Positions 36,612-45,732 of a stretch of DNA of 64,000 bases are shown here, piece after piece. Source of the stretch: Pseudomonadota bacterium (GTDB taxonomy: Bacteria > Desulfobacterota > Desulfobulbia > Desulfobulbales > JAGXFP01); NCBI GenBank assembly GCA_018823285.1, contig JAHJIQ010000010.1:15808-79807 (forward strand), written 5' to 3'. The notes beneath the pieces were generated by a model. The model ran no database searches. It was not told the DNA's origin and worked only from the letters and a program-made list of their open reading frames with translations. Made by a program: the position numbers and the translations under genes. Numbering within the stretch: the first letter of the stretch is position 1; each line of letters begins with the position of its first letter.

Positions 36612-39600
36612 ATGACATCCAAAGACTTAAACCATAAGGGTGCCAAGCCCTTCGAACAGTCGGCGGTGTTTACCATTACAAGGATCGGCTCGCAAATCGA
36701 AGTTTGTGATAACCTCCTTTCACGCTTAAGTGACCTGGAAGAACGAAAGTCCGAACTCGTCTATGGGGAGAGACGTCTTTCCGACAAAGCGCGAGAAATT
36801 GATGAACAGCATTTGAGTCAAATTGAAGAAGCGTCCGATGCAGTTTCACTGGCACAGGGCACCCTGTTCAGGGCTGAGGCGGATGCGAAACAGTTACAAC
36901 TCCTTCGTGAACAACAGCAGCAGCGATTTGAGGGACTGAAGTCGGGTCAGTTGTCCCCGGAAGATATCGACCATGTAAAGATTGCTGTTGAGGAAAAGTC
37001 AAAACCGGTAAAGACAGCAATTAGCGATCTTGATAGTCGAATTTTAGAAGCTCAAGGACAAATCGAAAATATTGCTGGAACTATTCAGGCCCAAAAAGCG
37101 GAATTGATTAGTTTTCGGGAAGATCTGGAAACTTTCGAAAATGGAGATATCCCTGCACGGTATTTGGAGACGATCGAAGTAGTCAGGAGAAAGTCTGCCG
37201 ATGACCAAGATAGAGAAATTAAGTTAGCAAGCGACAGGCTGAAAGATCTGACCAATCAGATCGACAAGGCAGGAAATGAAATAAAGATATTGAGTCCAAA
37301 AATTGATGAACTGAAAGCAAGTAGCCTTGAACTGGAAAATGTCTCAAAACAGAACCTTTTAAACAAATTCGGGTCATCTGCCTGGAGAGGGTCCTTCTTT
37401 ACCAACTACGAAAAAGAGATTCAAGAACTAACAAACAAGAAGAACCTTCTGGTGAAACAAAGGTCAAATTCTAAGTCCAAGCTAACGAGAATTAAAAAAA
37501 ATCATACCTCGATCATTACAGGTCGTCCTCAATTTATAGAAGAAGCTGTTCTCGCCGAACGAACAAACCAACTCAGCATTTGTCAGGATATGGTCGATGC
37601 CATCCCTATAACGATCCGCGAAGGCAAGGGGGAATTAGCATCAATTAAAACAGGTTTGAGATCGCTGGAAGATCAGCTTGAAATAAAACGTCAGGAACTC
37701 AAGCTAGTTACGGAGCTGGCCGTAGAGACCGCTAAGAATGAACTTGTTGAAATGGTCAAGGCCAGTCTGGATGAGCTAAGCTTAGCGATAGTGGCCGCTG
37801 GAAAAAACATCGCCATTGCCAACAACCAAAGGACTGAGGCAAATGAAACCCTTGAGCAACTTCGCACCAGATTGTCGGAAGAAAAATCTAAACAACTGCT
37901 GAACATAGCTGAACCCCTTGATGAATTAAACAAGGCGATCCCTATTGATGAAGAACAGCTCATTAATGATGCGAAAGAACATGGTATCGAAGGATCAGTA
38001 ATAAATATCCGAGAAGCAATTGTTGCGATGCGCTCTGGCTTAGTTTGTGAGCGACAACGGGAACAAGAAAGTCTGACCTTGAGTGAAGATAGTGAAATCG
38101 ACAACGCAACCAGTGATGAACCTAGTCTCTTGGATGTTAGTCAGGAAAGCGAGTCTTCAACTGAAGAAAAGAGCTCCCAGGTCAATGGCAATATCTATCT
38201 GGATTTTGCAAAGAACGAGGATGATAATCAGACCCCCCATGGCAAGACTTATCCGGGGTTGCGCTCACAATTAGAGGGATTACGCCGTGCACATGGCAAA
38301 GTACTCTTCCAGGATGCGCCACCCGGGGCAGATCTTCTGTCCATATTTATTGAGACCGTCTTCCCCGAAGGGATCTCACAGTCATATTTCATTTGTAATT
38401 TGAGCCTGCGTGCTGATCAGCCTTATCTCCAGATTCGACCCAAAATGATAGGTCCGCGACTAGAGCGGCAGTTGCCACGGGGAATTTCGTTGGCAGTATC
38501 TGGGAAGCTTTGGGATAATCAAAGAGATGCGGACAACCCTGTGTTTCTTGTCCAAAAAATCGTTGACTTGTCTCATTCTGCAAAACTTCCGTTCGAACAA
38601 TCAATTTCAGGCTTCGTGTTCACCCAATCTCAGAGTGTGTACCCGTCTTCTAAACGACAAGAAAACATTTTATCTAATGACTTCGTCGCCCAACTCCCAT
38701 TGATATCGGTTGTAACAAAAGAGCGACTTCAGGGTTGGCGAGATTATCTGGATTGGAGAGAGAGGCTCGTTAGTTCACGTCTTGTCGGTCTTCGGTACCT
38801 TGACATCGAGGTGTTGTCTGACGGTCGTATCCGTTTCTTGACAGTTTGTGAGTCAAAAGAAAACTTCGACCAGGTGCGCCGAACGCTTAGCAGTAATGAG
38901 TTGCAAGCCTATGGTCTCAACTACTCACAGGACCCCTGGGAGTTTGAATACGACGACAAGCAACGACCACGCAGGGCCGAATTGGGAGATTTCGCAGGTC
39001 AGGATGAGCTAATCAGTCCGGGCGATGTTGATATAGACGGAATGCCTTGGGAGACGCCATATTTTGTATATGTAGACTTTCGGCTTCCCGAAGAATCCCA
39101 GAATGAGTTTGATCGTATCATCAACGGCGGAGGAACTGTTGAAGAAGCGGCGCAACGGTATTTGAGCCGTGTAGATTCTTCAGGGTTTCTCGCGCTATCG
39201 GTTGTTGGTGATATGATACTGATAAAACGTCAACGAAGTGAATTGCAGCAACTTCAGGAACAATCCGGACACGCCCCCTTTCTCTCCTCTTATCTGTTCG
39301 ACATCAAGGCTGCGAGTGAGCCGTCGAAACTAAAGGAGATAAACGATAACGATTGGCGTCAGACCAGTCTCAATGATGAACAAAGGCTTGCTGTCAAAAA
39401 AATGGTCAGTACTCCTGATCTTGCAATGGTTCAAGGACCACCAGGCACCGGCAAGACGACGATGATCGCAGAGGCCACCTGGCAGTTTATTCGAGACGGC
39501 AAGAAGGTTCTTCTCGTTTCACAGGCTAGTTTGGCTGTCAACAATGTACTAGAGAGATTGGCACAGGTCCCTGCCATCCGCGCGATTCGACTGAGTCGAA

Positions 39601-42128
39601 AGGAGAGAAACAACGAACGTGAGCATCCTTACAACCAAGCGAACGCGATTGGAACATACTATCGAAGTATCGCAGAGGCATGTCAGTGCCGTACTCTTGA
39701 CGTGTGGTCCAGCGCTGACGAGCGATTGGAGGCGGTATCCAAATGGATCAAATCTGTGGATTTAGTTTCTGGCGACATGGATTCTTTGCGTTCGAAGTCA
39801 GACTCCCTGACGAATCAACGTGCAGTTTGCAAGAAAGAGTTGAAACGACTTAAGGAGTCGGATGAGCGTGCCCGAGACATCGATCAGCAAAAACGAGAGG
39901 TCATGGCGCTAAGGTCATTCATCGAAGGTGCCGCCTCTTTTGCAGGGACTATTCCCGAGCCATTGCTGCGGGTAATTTACGACCGAATTGTTTTGCCCCT
40001 GGATCGTCTTTCCGAAATCGGCATAAGAGCTAATGTCCTGTGGTCTGAGTATGATTATGGCTCACTTTCAGAGCGAACACGATTTGCGGTAGAAGCATTG
40101 CTGAACTGGCGTAAAGTAGCCGCATTCAAGTCACAGATAAATGGTGACCGTGATCGACTCCAAGCGACTGAAGGGGATTCTGTGCTCTCTTCTGAATCGG
40201 CAATACGTCTGGCGGAATTACAGCGTAAGCTTCAAGACACGCTCAAGGCAATGGAAGAAGATGACAGCAAGGTGTTCGAATATCAGGCTATCCAGAAAGA
40301 AATCCGAGAAGTAAAACGTAAAGGTTCTGGACTGGATATGGACATCTATGTTTGCCTGTTTAACGCGCCAGACAATAAATCACTTTCCATCTTGACCAAT
40401 GCAGGAAGTATGCGAACCCAGGTTGTTGAAACGCTTGATGCAGCATATGCATTACTTATGGAGATAGAGGCTGAGATCGAGGATGGTTGCAGGGAGGTCT
40501 GCTCAGAGCTTGGTCGATTCATTGATTCGCTTGCTTCAACCGAGGTCGACAAAGATGAAATGCGGCGATTGGAGGGGCAGCTCCGCCATCTGACGGAACG
40601 CCAGAAGGAGTTGTCTTCAGACCTTTTCGCCAAGGAAAAAAGGCTTAGCGATATTCTTTCCGAGCGTTCGGAAAATTTATCTGGTGTGAAACTAGATAAT
40701 GGTGAACTCCAATCCTTACGTGCGATGGCAGAACGGGATCGAGACTCGTTAGCCGAAAGTCTGAAGCAGAGTCGTTCATTCCGAGATTCTTGGGGAGATG
40801 TTCTCCAGCGATGGGTATCCGACCTGACGGATCCTGAAACAGTCAAGTGCGATCAAGATAACTTCCTTCCTACTTACATCAATGCGTGCAACGTGGTTGG
40901 TGTGACTTGCACAGAAAGAAGAAACACTCTCGAAGATGCTGGCCATACATGGTTCGACGCGGTTATCGTCGATGAGGTGAGTAAGGCAACTCCGACTGAA
41001 ATTATTATGCCGTTGATGATGGGCAGGACGGCCATCCTGGTGGGTGACCATCGGCAACTGCCGCCACTTTTCAAGGAGCAAGAAGGGTCCTGGGAAGAAG
41101 CAATCGCTGATCAAGAGGAGTCGAACGAAGAAGACCAGAACTCCGACAGCGAATTGACGGCCGAAAACTTCGATCGTTTCAAGAAGATGGTGACGTCGTC
41201 CCTTTTCAAGGAGCACTTCGAAAATGCTCCGGATAGCCTTAAGTCGTTCCTCTTTACTCAGTACCGAATGCATCCGCAGATTATGCGGGTCGTGAACCAG
41301 TTCTATGAAAACAGACTTATATGTGGGCTGTCGGACCCCGACGGGAAGAACCCAGATTCCGACCCACGAGGACATCGTGTTCATGGCCTCACATTGCAGG
41401 GTGAAAAAGACCAACGGTATATCGTACCTGAGCAGCATGTGGCATGGATTGATTCAACTCTCGACCCCCACGGAAAACGTCACTATGAGAGTAGTAAGCT
41501 CGGTAGCAGCAAGGTCAACGAACTTGAATGGATCTTAATTGCCAAGTCTCTGTTCGACATTGAAATGGCTTGTCGGGATAAGGGGTTCGGAGCGAATGAC
41601 AAACCACCCAAGCAGGTAGGGATAGTTACATTTTACAATGGCCAAAAAAACGCCATCAAGAGAGCAGTAAAACGTATTGAAAGTGTTCGCAAAACCCGGT
41701 TCTCAGCTATCGATTGGGATGTTAACACCGTGGATAGATATCAAGGGCAAGAGCGGCCTATCATTCTGGTGAGCATGGTAAGGAGCCCGCCTTTTAAGTT
41801 GTCTCAAAGGGCAAACACAGCTCAGTTTGAAAGGATTAATGTCGCCTTCTCCCGGGCAGAAGAGTTGCTGGTAGTTGTGGGAGCTAAGGACGTCTTCTGC
41901 AAATATCCTGTTTTCCTGCCACATTTAGACAAACCAGGCAAACGCAAGGTTGAGGTCTATCGGTTTATAATAGATGAGATCCAACGAAGTGGTGGCCTTT
42001 GGTCCTCCGACTATATTATCTCCTCGCATGAATACGACAGGCTTCTTCCCGCCGGATTCTCGCCGAAAAGATCAAATGGCCGTCCAAATCAAAATAACAA
42101 TCGTCACCGAGGGAGAATTAGTAAATGA
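36612..42128 (+). CDS. giant coiled-coil Upf1/DNA2-like SF1 helicase (AAA_11/AAA_12 type)
   Basis: Motif I MVQGPPGTGKTTMIAE (about 39434), motif II AVIVDEVSKATPTE (about 40971), then LVGDHRQLPP, FTQYRMHPQI and TVDRYQGQERPIILVSMVRS. The N-terminus is a coiled coil of about 530 aa. The first ATG is at 36612; the ORF-track start at 36522 is a TTG with no Shine-Dalgarno sequence. Confidence 0.85.
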   Translation: MTSKDLNHKGAKPFEQSAVFTITRIGSQIEVCDNLLSRLSDLEERKSELVYGERRLSDKAREIDEQHLSQIEEASDAVSLAQGTLFRAEADAKQLQLLREQQQQRFEGLKSGQLSPEDIDHVKIAVEEKSKPVKTAISDLDSRILEAQGQIENIAGTIQAQKAELISFREDLETFENGDIPARYLETIEVVRRKSADDQDREIKLASDRLKDLTNQIDKAGNEIKILSPKIDELKASSLELENVSKQNLLNKFGSSAWRGSFFTNYEKEIQELTNKKNLLVKQRSNSKSKLTRIKKNHTSIITGRPQFIEEAVLAERTNQLSICQDMVDAIPITIREGKGELASIKTGLRSLEDQLEIKRQELKLVTELAVETAKNELVEMVKASLDELSLAIVAAGKNIAIANNQRTEANETLEQLRTRLSEEKSKQLLNIAEPLDELNKAIPIDEEQLINDAKEHGIEGSVINIREAIVAMRSGLVCERQREQESLTLSEDSEIDNATSDEPSLLDVSQESESSTEEKSSQVNGNIYLDFAKNEDDNQTPHGKTYPGLRSQLEGLRRAHGKVLFQDAPPGADLLSIFIETVFPEGISQSYFICNLSLRADQPYLQIRPKMIGPRLERQLPRGISLAVSGKLWDNQRDADNPVFLVQKIVDLSHSAKLPFEQSISGFVFTQSQSVYPSSKRQENILSNDFVAQLPLISVVTKERLQGWRDYLDWRERLVSSRLVGLRYLDIEVLSDGRIRFLTVCESKENFDQVRRTLSSNELQAYGLNYSQDPWEFEYDDKQRPRRAELGDFAGQDELISPGDVDIDGMPWETPYFVYVDFRLPEESQNEFDRIINGGGTVEEAAQRYLSRVDSSGFLALSVVGDMILIKRQRSELQQLQEQSGHAPFLSSYLFDIKAASEPSKLKEINDNDWRQTSLNDEQRLAVKKMVSTPDLAMVQGPPGTGKTTMIAEATWQFIRDGKKVLLVSQASLAVNNVLERLAQVPAIRAIRLSRKERNNEREHPYNQANAIGTYYRSIAEACQCRTLDVWSSADERLEAVSKWIKSVDLVSGDMDSLRSKSDSLTNQRAVCKKELKRLKESDERARDIDQQKREVMALRSFIEGAASFAGTIPEPLLRVIYDRIVLPLDRLSEIGIRANVLWSEYDYGSLSERTRFAVEALLNWRKVAAFKSQINGDRDRLQATEGDSVLSSESAIRLAELQRKLQDTLKAMEEDDSKVFEYQAIQKEIREVKRKGSGLDMDIYVCLFNAPDNKSLSILTNAGSMRTQVVETLDAAYALLMEIEAEIEDGCREVCSELGRFIDSLASTEVDKDEMRRLEGQLRHLTERQKELSSDLFAKEKRLSDILSERSENLSGVKLDNGELQSLRAMAERDRDSLAESLKQSRSFRDSWGDVLQRWVSDLTDPETVKCDQDNFLPTYINACNVVGVTCTERRNTLEDAGHTWFDAVIVDEVSKATPTEIIMPLMMGRTAILVGDHRQLPPLFKEQEGSWEEAIADQEESNEEDQNSDSELTAENFDRFKKMVTSSLFKEHFENAPDSLKSFLFTQYRMHPQIMRVVNQFYENRLICGLSDPDGKNPDSDPRGHRVHGLTLQGEKDQRYIVPEQHVAWIDSTLDPHGKRHYESSKLGSSKVNELEWILIAKSLFDIEMACRDKGFGANDKPPKQVGIVTFYNGQKNAIKRAVKRIESVRKTRFSAIDWDVNTVDRYQGQERPIILVSMVRSPPFKLSQRANTAQFERINVAFSRAEELLVVVGAKDVFCKYPVFLPHLDKPGKRKVEVYRFIIDEIQRSGGLWSSDYIISSHEYDRLLPAGFSPKRSNGRPNQNNNRHRGRISK

Positions 42129-44587
42129 AATTGACTGATATCCGCATCGGTGTACCAATGCTTCGGATAGAAACGCGTGTCTTTCACGCGACTCCTCGCA
42201 AACCGACTGCATTTGAGCGAGTCATTCTTGCCGTGGCCGATAGGTTCGGAGTTGACGCCAACTTCAACAATCTCCCTCTAGATCGTCTTTTTATTGATGT
42301 CCTCTGCGTAGTTGACCCTACGCCGATAGTGACGCCCACACTCACTGAACTCATTACCCTGGATGTTATACGTTGCTTGAGTGATGTCGAATCACTGAAC
42401 ACTTTGACCTTACGCGACATAGAGATTACTGAGCGTGGACATCGTATGATTGCGGAAGATATGCTGCCAGCCAAGGCGATGCAGAACGATGAGGTGTTCT
42501 TTTATGATCCAATCCTTCAACGACTACTTCCTGAATCTCAATCCAAGGCTTATCGTCCAGTTCCTCCCCAGTTGTCAGTTGATGTTACAGTTTTTGAGGA
42601 TGTATTTCCAGAAGACCAGATTCGCTCGAAGATTCAGGGTGGAGGTTATCGTTGGTTTAGTGCCGCAAGCCAGATTGAAAAGCTTGAATCCCAGGCGGTT
42701 CAGATCTATTGGAAAGACACTCCCAGCTCGGTCGAGTTGAAATCTGGGGAATTGGTCATTGATTCCATAGATGAAGGCCTTAGTTCCTATATCAGTTCGC
42801 TTGATTGTGAAAAAGCCTATGATCGCTTCATTGCACCGGTATTTGATAATCATGATTTACAATTAGAGCTATTCCCGGAAATTGCTGTCGACAACCTTAA
42901 TTGGGAAAATTTCCATATCCTGCCGGTTCAGCGTGTGTTGTTCAATTGGCCAGAGAGTGCGCGAGTTGTTATTACCAATTTAAATCATGCTGATCCCTCA
43001 ACCCCGGATCAAGCGCTGCCACAACAGGCCATCATCATCTACCACGATGACAAAGATGCAGATGATATCCATTTTGAATGGAATGAGAATCGAAACGGCT
43101 GCAAGCTGAGAGTAAAGGCACCGGCTCCTGACCCAAGTTTCCTGCGTCTAACGGATCAACATGAAGTCCGTTGCCATCGTATTCAAGCGACGCACGGAGG
43201 CATTGAGCGTCAGTTCCTTGTAGCGTATCAAGGTCGGATCAGCAGTGACGATGAATTGATAAGCAATCCTCTTCGGTCTCTTTCAAGTATCTTTAACCAA
43301 AAAGTAAGTCAAGAGGATCTCTGTGCTGCTGTACTTTGGGAAGGCGAATCCCTGTATATGGAGAATCTTCTTCGGCGACTAGCGACGTCTAACTCTCTAC
43401 TGGATGATCTTGTTCCAGCGTTCTATTCAGGGTTAGCCGACACAGAACGAGTTAATGGCACAATCAACCGTAATGCCTGGGATGAAACACTGTTCAATTT
43501 ACTCTGCGAGTGTATCAATTCTTCTGAGGACTTCGAGTTGTCCGCCAATGAAGGCCTCCTTCATGTCCTGTCGAATTACGGTCCTTATTCCGAAAAGCAC
43601 CAATCACTTCTACTTCAGACACTTATCCAAAAAGTTCCGCTACCACTCAATCTCGATGAATTGAAAGCAATATGGGCTTCATTTCGCCTTCTATATCCTG
43701 GATGGACCTCCAACTTTCCTTCCCGGTTGCTGACTCAGGAGATATTAAAGTCGATACTTGAAAGCTTTCCGAAAAAACTAGACGATGATCTTTTGACAGA
43801 AGATAATGGTTTCTTTCGTCTAATCTCATCGTTGCATCAACTCTACGAAAAAATTTCTAAAGTGGTCGGAGGCGAAGGTATTGAAGGGCTTGTCGGTGAC
43901 GATGATTACGTTGCATTAATCAAGGCCCAGCCACAAGCCGGATTGGCCGACTTGGCTCATTCCTGGGTGACAGAAATGGAGTCTTTGTCTTCAGCGCTAA
44001 TGGACTACGATTCAATTTTACTTGGGACTCGTTTGGAGTTGATTCATAGCAAAGTTACAGAAATTGGCAGGTGGTCTGCCAAACTTATCGGAGCACTCGC
44101 TAAAAATGTTCAATCAGTCTATGTGTTTGATACGTCAGCTCTTATAGCTCAACCGAGCATTGTCGCAAGTGTTTGCCCTAATGAATTGTTTGTTGTTACC
44201 AAGCGGGTTATTGATGAACTGGACGACAAGAAACTTGATGAGACTCTTCGCCCGAGTGTGTCCGAGGTTGTGCGTAATCTACGCAGGATAAAGAAAGAGC
44301 AGATTCAGTTTTGCGATGGAGAGATGTCGCTTCTCCCTAAGGATTACCGTATGAAAGGTGACAACCTGATTCTGTCGGTCGCAGTCCGCTTTCGCACACA
44401 TAAGCCAACCTTGATTACTAATGACAACAACCTCTCCCTGAAGGCACAAGCTGAAGGCATTGCGGCAATGACGGCAGGAGAGTTTGAGATGAGAATAAAG
44501 CCTAAGACGCAACACAATGATCAGTTGCATCGCGGCCGCCCTCAAAATCCCAAGGGAAATCCCGAGGGGAAAAGGAGTAAAAAATGA
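42125..44587 (+). CDS. large protein with C-terminal PIN-domain nuclease
   Basis: 820 aa. The C-terminus reads VYVFDTSALIAQ...VVTKRVIDELDDKK...DNLILSVAV...TLITNDNNLSLKAQAEGIAAMT, matching the PIN_4/PhoH-associated PIN pattern. The tail is basic. ATGA overlaps on both sides. Confidence 0.7.
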   Translation: MKLTDIRIGVPMLRIETRVFHATPRKPTAFERVILAVADRFGVDANFNNLPLDRLFIDVLCVVDPTPIVTPTLTELITLDVIRCLSDVESLNTLTLRDIEITERGHRMIAEDMLPAKAMQNDEVFFYDPILQRLLPESQSKAYRPVPPQLSVDVTVFEDVFPEDQIRSKIQGGGYRWFSAASQIEKLESQAVQIYWKDTPSSVELKSGELVIDSIDEGLSSYISSLDCEKAYDRFIAPVFDNHDLQLELFPEIAVDNLNWENFHILPVQRVLFNWPESARVVITNLNHADPSTPDQALPQQAIIIYHDDKDADDIHFEWNENRNGCKLRVKAPAPDPSFLRLTDQHEVRCHRIQATHGGIERQFLVAYQGRISSDDELISNPLRSLSSIFNQKVSQEDLCAAVLWEGESLYMENLLRRLATSNSLLDDLVPAFYSGLADTERVNGTINRNAWDETLFNLLCECINSSEDFELSANEGLLHVLSNYGPYSEKHQSLLLQTLIQKVPLPLNLDELKAIWASFRLLYPGWTSNFPSRLLTQEILKSILESFPKKLDDDLLTEDNGFFRLISSLHQLYEKISKVVGGEGIEGLVGDDDYVALIKAQPQAGLADLAHSWVTEMESLSSALMDYDSILLGTRLELIHSKVTEIGRWSAKLIGALAKNVQSVYVFDTSALIAQPSIVASVCPNELFVVTKRVIDELDDKKLDETLRPSVSEVVRNLRRIKKEQIQFCDGEMSLLPKDYRMKGDNLILSVAVRFRTHKPTLITNDNNLSLKAQAEGIAAMTAGEFEMRIKPKTQHNDQLHRGRPQNPKGNPEGKRSKK

Positions 44588-45732
44588 GCGAGTCTGTCCA
44601 CTATCGATGGAATCTTAAAGCACAGATGCGTCGCCAGGCATATCTGGATCGCATTCAGGGTAATGTAGCGAAGTTCCATGACAGGTATAACGCGAAATTT
44701 GAAGATTTGGTCAATCAAGGTCTTGAACAATATTTGCCTAGTGACTTTGCCGATTTTCGTACTCAATTGGCTCGACTTGAAAGACTTCTTTCATCCGACC
44801 CGGAGAGCGCTCGTGAATTGAGCTTCGAAATAGGCAGCCAACTCAGTCACTTACCTGGATTGGCAAGGGCTGCCAAGCGAGAGTTCGAGTCTCGTGAGAT
44901 CCAGAGACGTAAAGAGATAGCTGAAATGCGGCGTCATGCCAGTAGCGAACTTGCTCAATTCATTCAAAACATGATTGCCGAGATAAACGACCCTATTGAA
45001 TTGGATTTTGCCTATGAGCAAGTCAGGGCAGTTCAATCAGATTACCAGGGGCGCATTGTAGATGCAGGTGAGTTGTCAGAGATCAAGGCGAACATTCAAT
45101 CCCGCTTTGCAGAAATACGTAAAGCATCACAATCAAAGGCTGTAATTTGGAAGAAGGAAAAGTCCAAGGAGAATTCCAGAGAGGCGACGGAGTCTTTGGT
45201 GGCTCTCTACACAGAGCATGCGACGGCAGATGCCAGCAATAATCCTAAGGCACTCTGTGCTATGTTGGAAAGTCTGGAATCAGTACGGCGACAAATCAAT
45301 GGATCATCATCCCTTGAGGACATCAAGAGCAAAATCGCCGAAGCGACGAAGGCCGTCGATACTGCCGTTGCAGATGAAGACTGTCGTCGCATGGTCGTTC
45401 GCTCAATTATGGATTCATTGGAGAAATCCGGATTCATGGTTTCGAAACCAAAAAGGAGCGACGGTGATGTTGATGAAGTTGTCATACTCGCTCGCAAGCC
45501 TGCAGGGGCTGAGGCTGCTTTCCGAGTTACGGCCGACGGCAGTATGATTTACAAATTCGACCACTATGAAGGAATGCAATGTAAGGACGACATAGACAAG
45601 GTTCTTCCTCTTCTAAAGGATATTTACGGGGTCGATTTATCTGAGGAAAGGGTCTTGTGGCAAAACCCTGTTAAGATTTCAAAATCTTCCAAGCCAATGG
45701 ATGAGGATAAAACGGAGAGTTACCATGGTTAA
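44584..45732 (+). CDS. hypothetical helical protein, partner of the ClpB-like ATPase
   Basis: 382-aa ORF, translationally coupled on both sides. Mostly helical. No motif recognised. Confidence 0.5.
   Translation: MSESVHYRWNLKAQMRRQAYLDRIQGNVAKFHDRYNAKFEDLVNQGLEQYLPSDFADFRTQLARLERLLSSDPESARELSFEIGSQLSHLPGLARAAKREFESREIQRRKEIAEMRRHASSELAQFIQNMIAEINDPIELDFAYEQVRAVQSDYQGRIVDAGELSEIKANIQSRFAEIRKASQSKAVIWKKEKSKENSREATESLVALYTEHATADASNNPKALCAMLESLESVRRQINGSSSLEDIKSKIAEATKAVDTAVADEDCRRMVVRSIMDSLEKSGFMVSKPKRSDGDVDEVVILARKPAGAEAAFRVTADGSMIYKFDHYEGMQCKDDIDKVLPLLKDIYGVDLSEERVLWQNPVKISKSSKPMDEDKTESYHG

Noticed and set aside
36595-36615. Six-codon uORF (MKQPTR) whose TGA overlaps the helicase ATG at 36612.
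   Set aside because: It is too short and lacks a clear Shine-Dalgarno sequence. I note it only because the helicase start (36522-36612) is itself uncertain.
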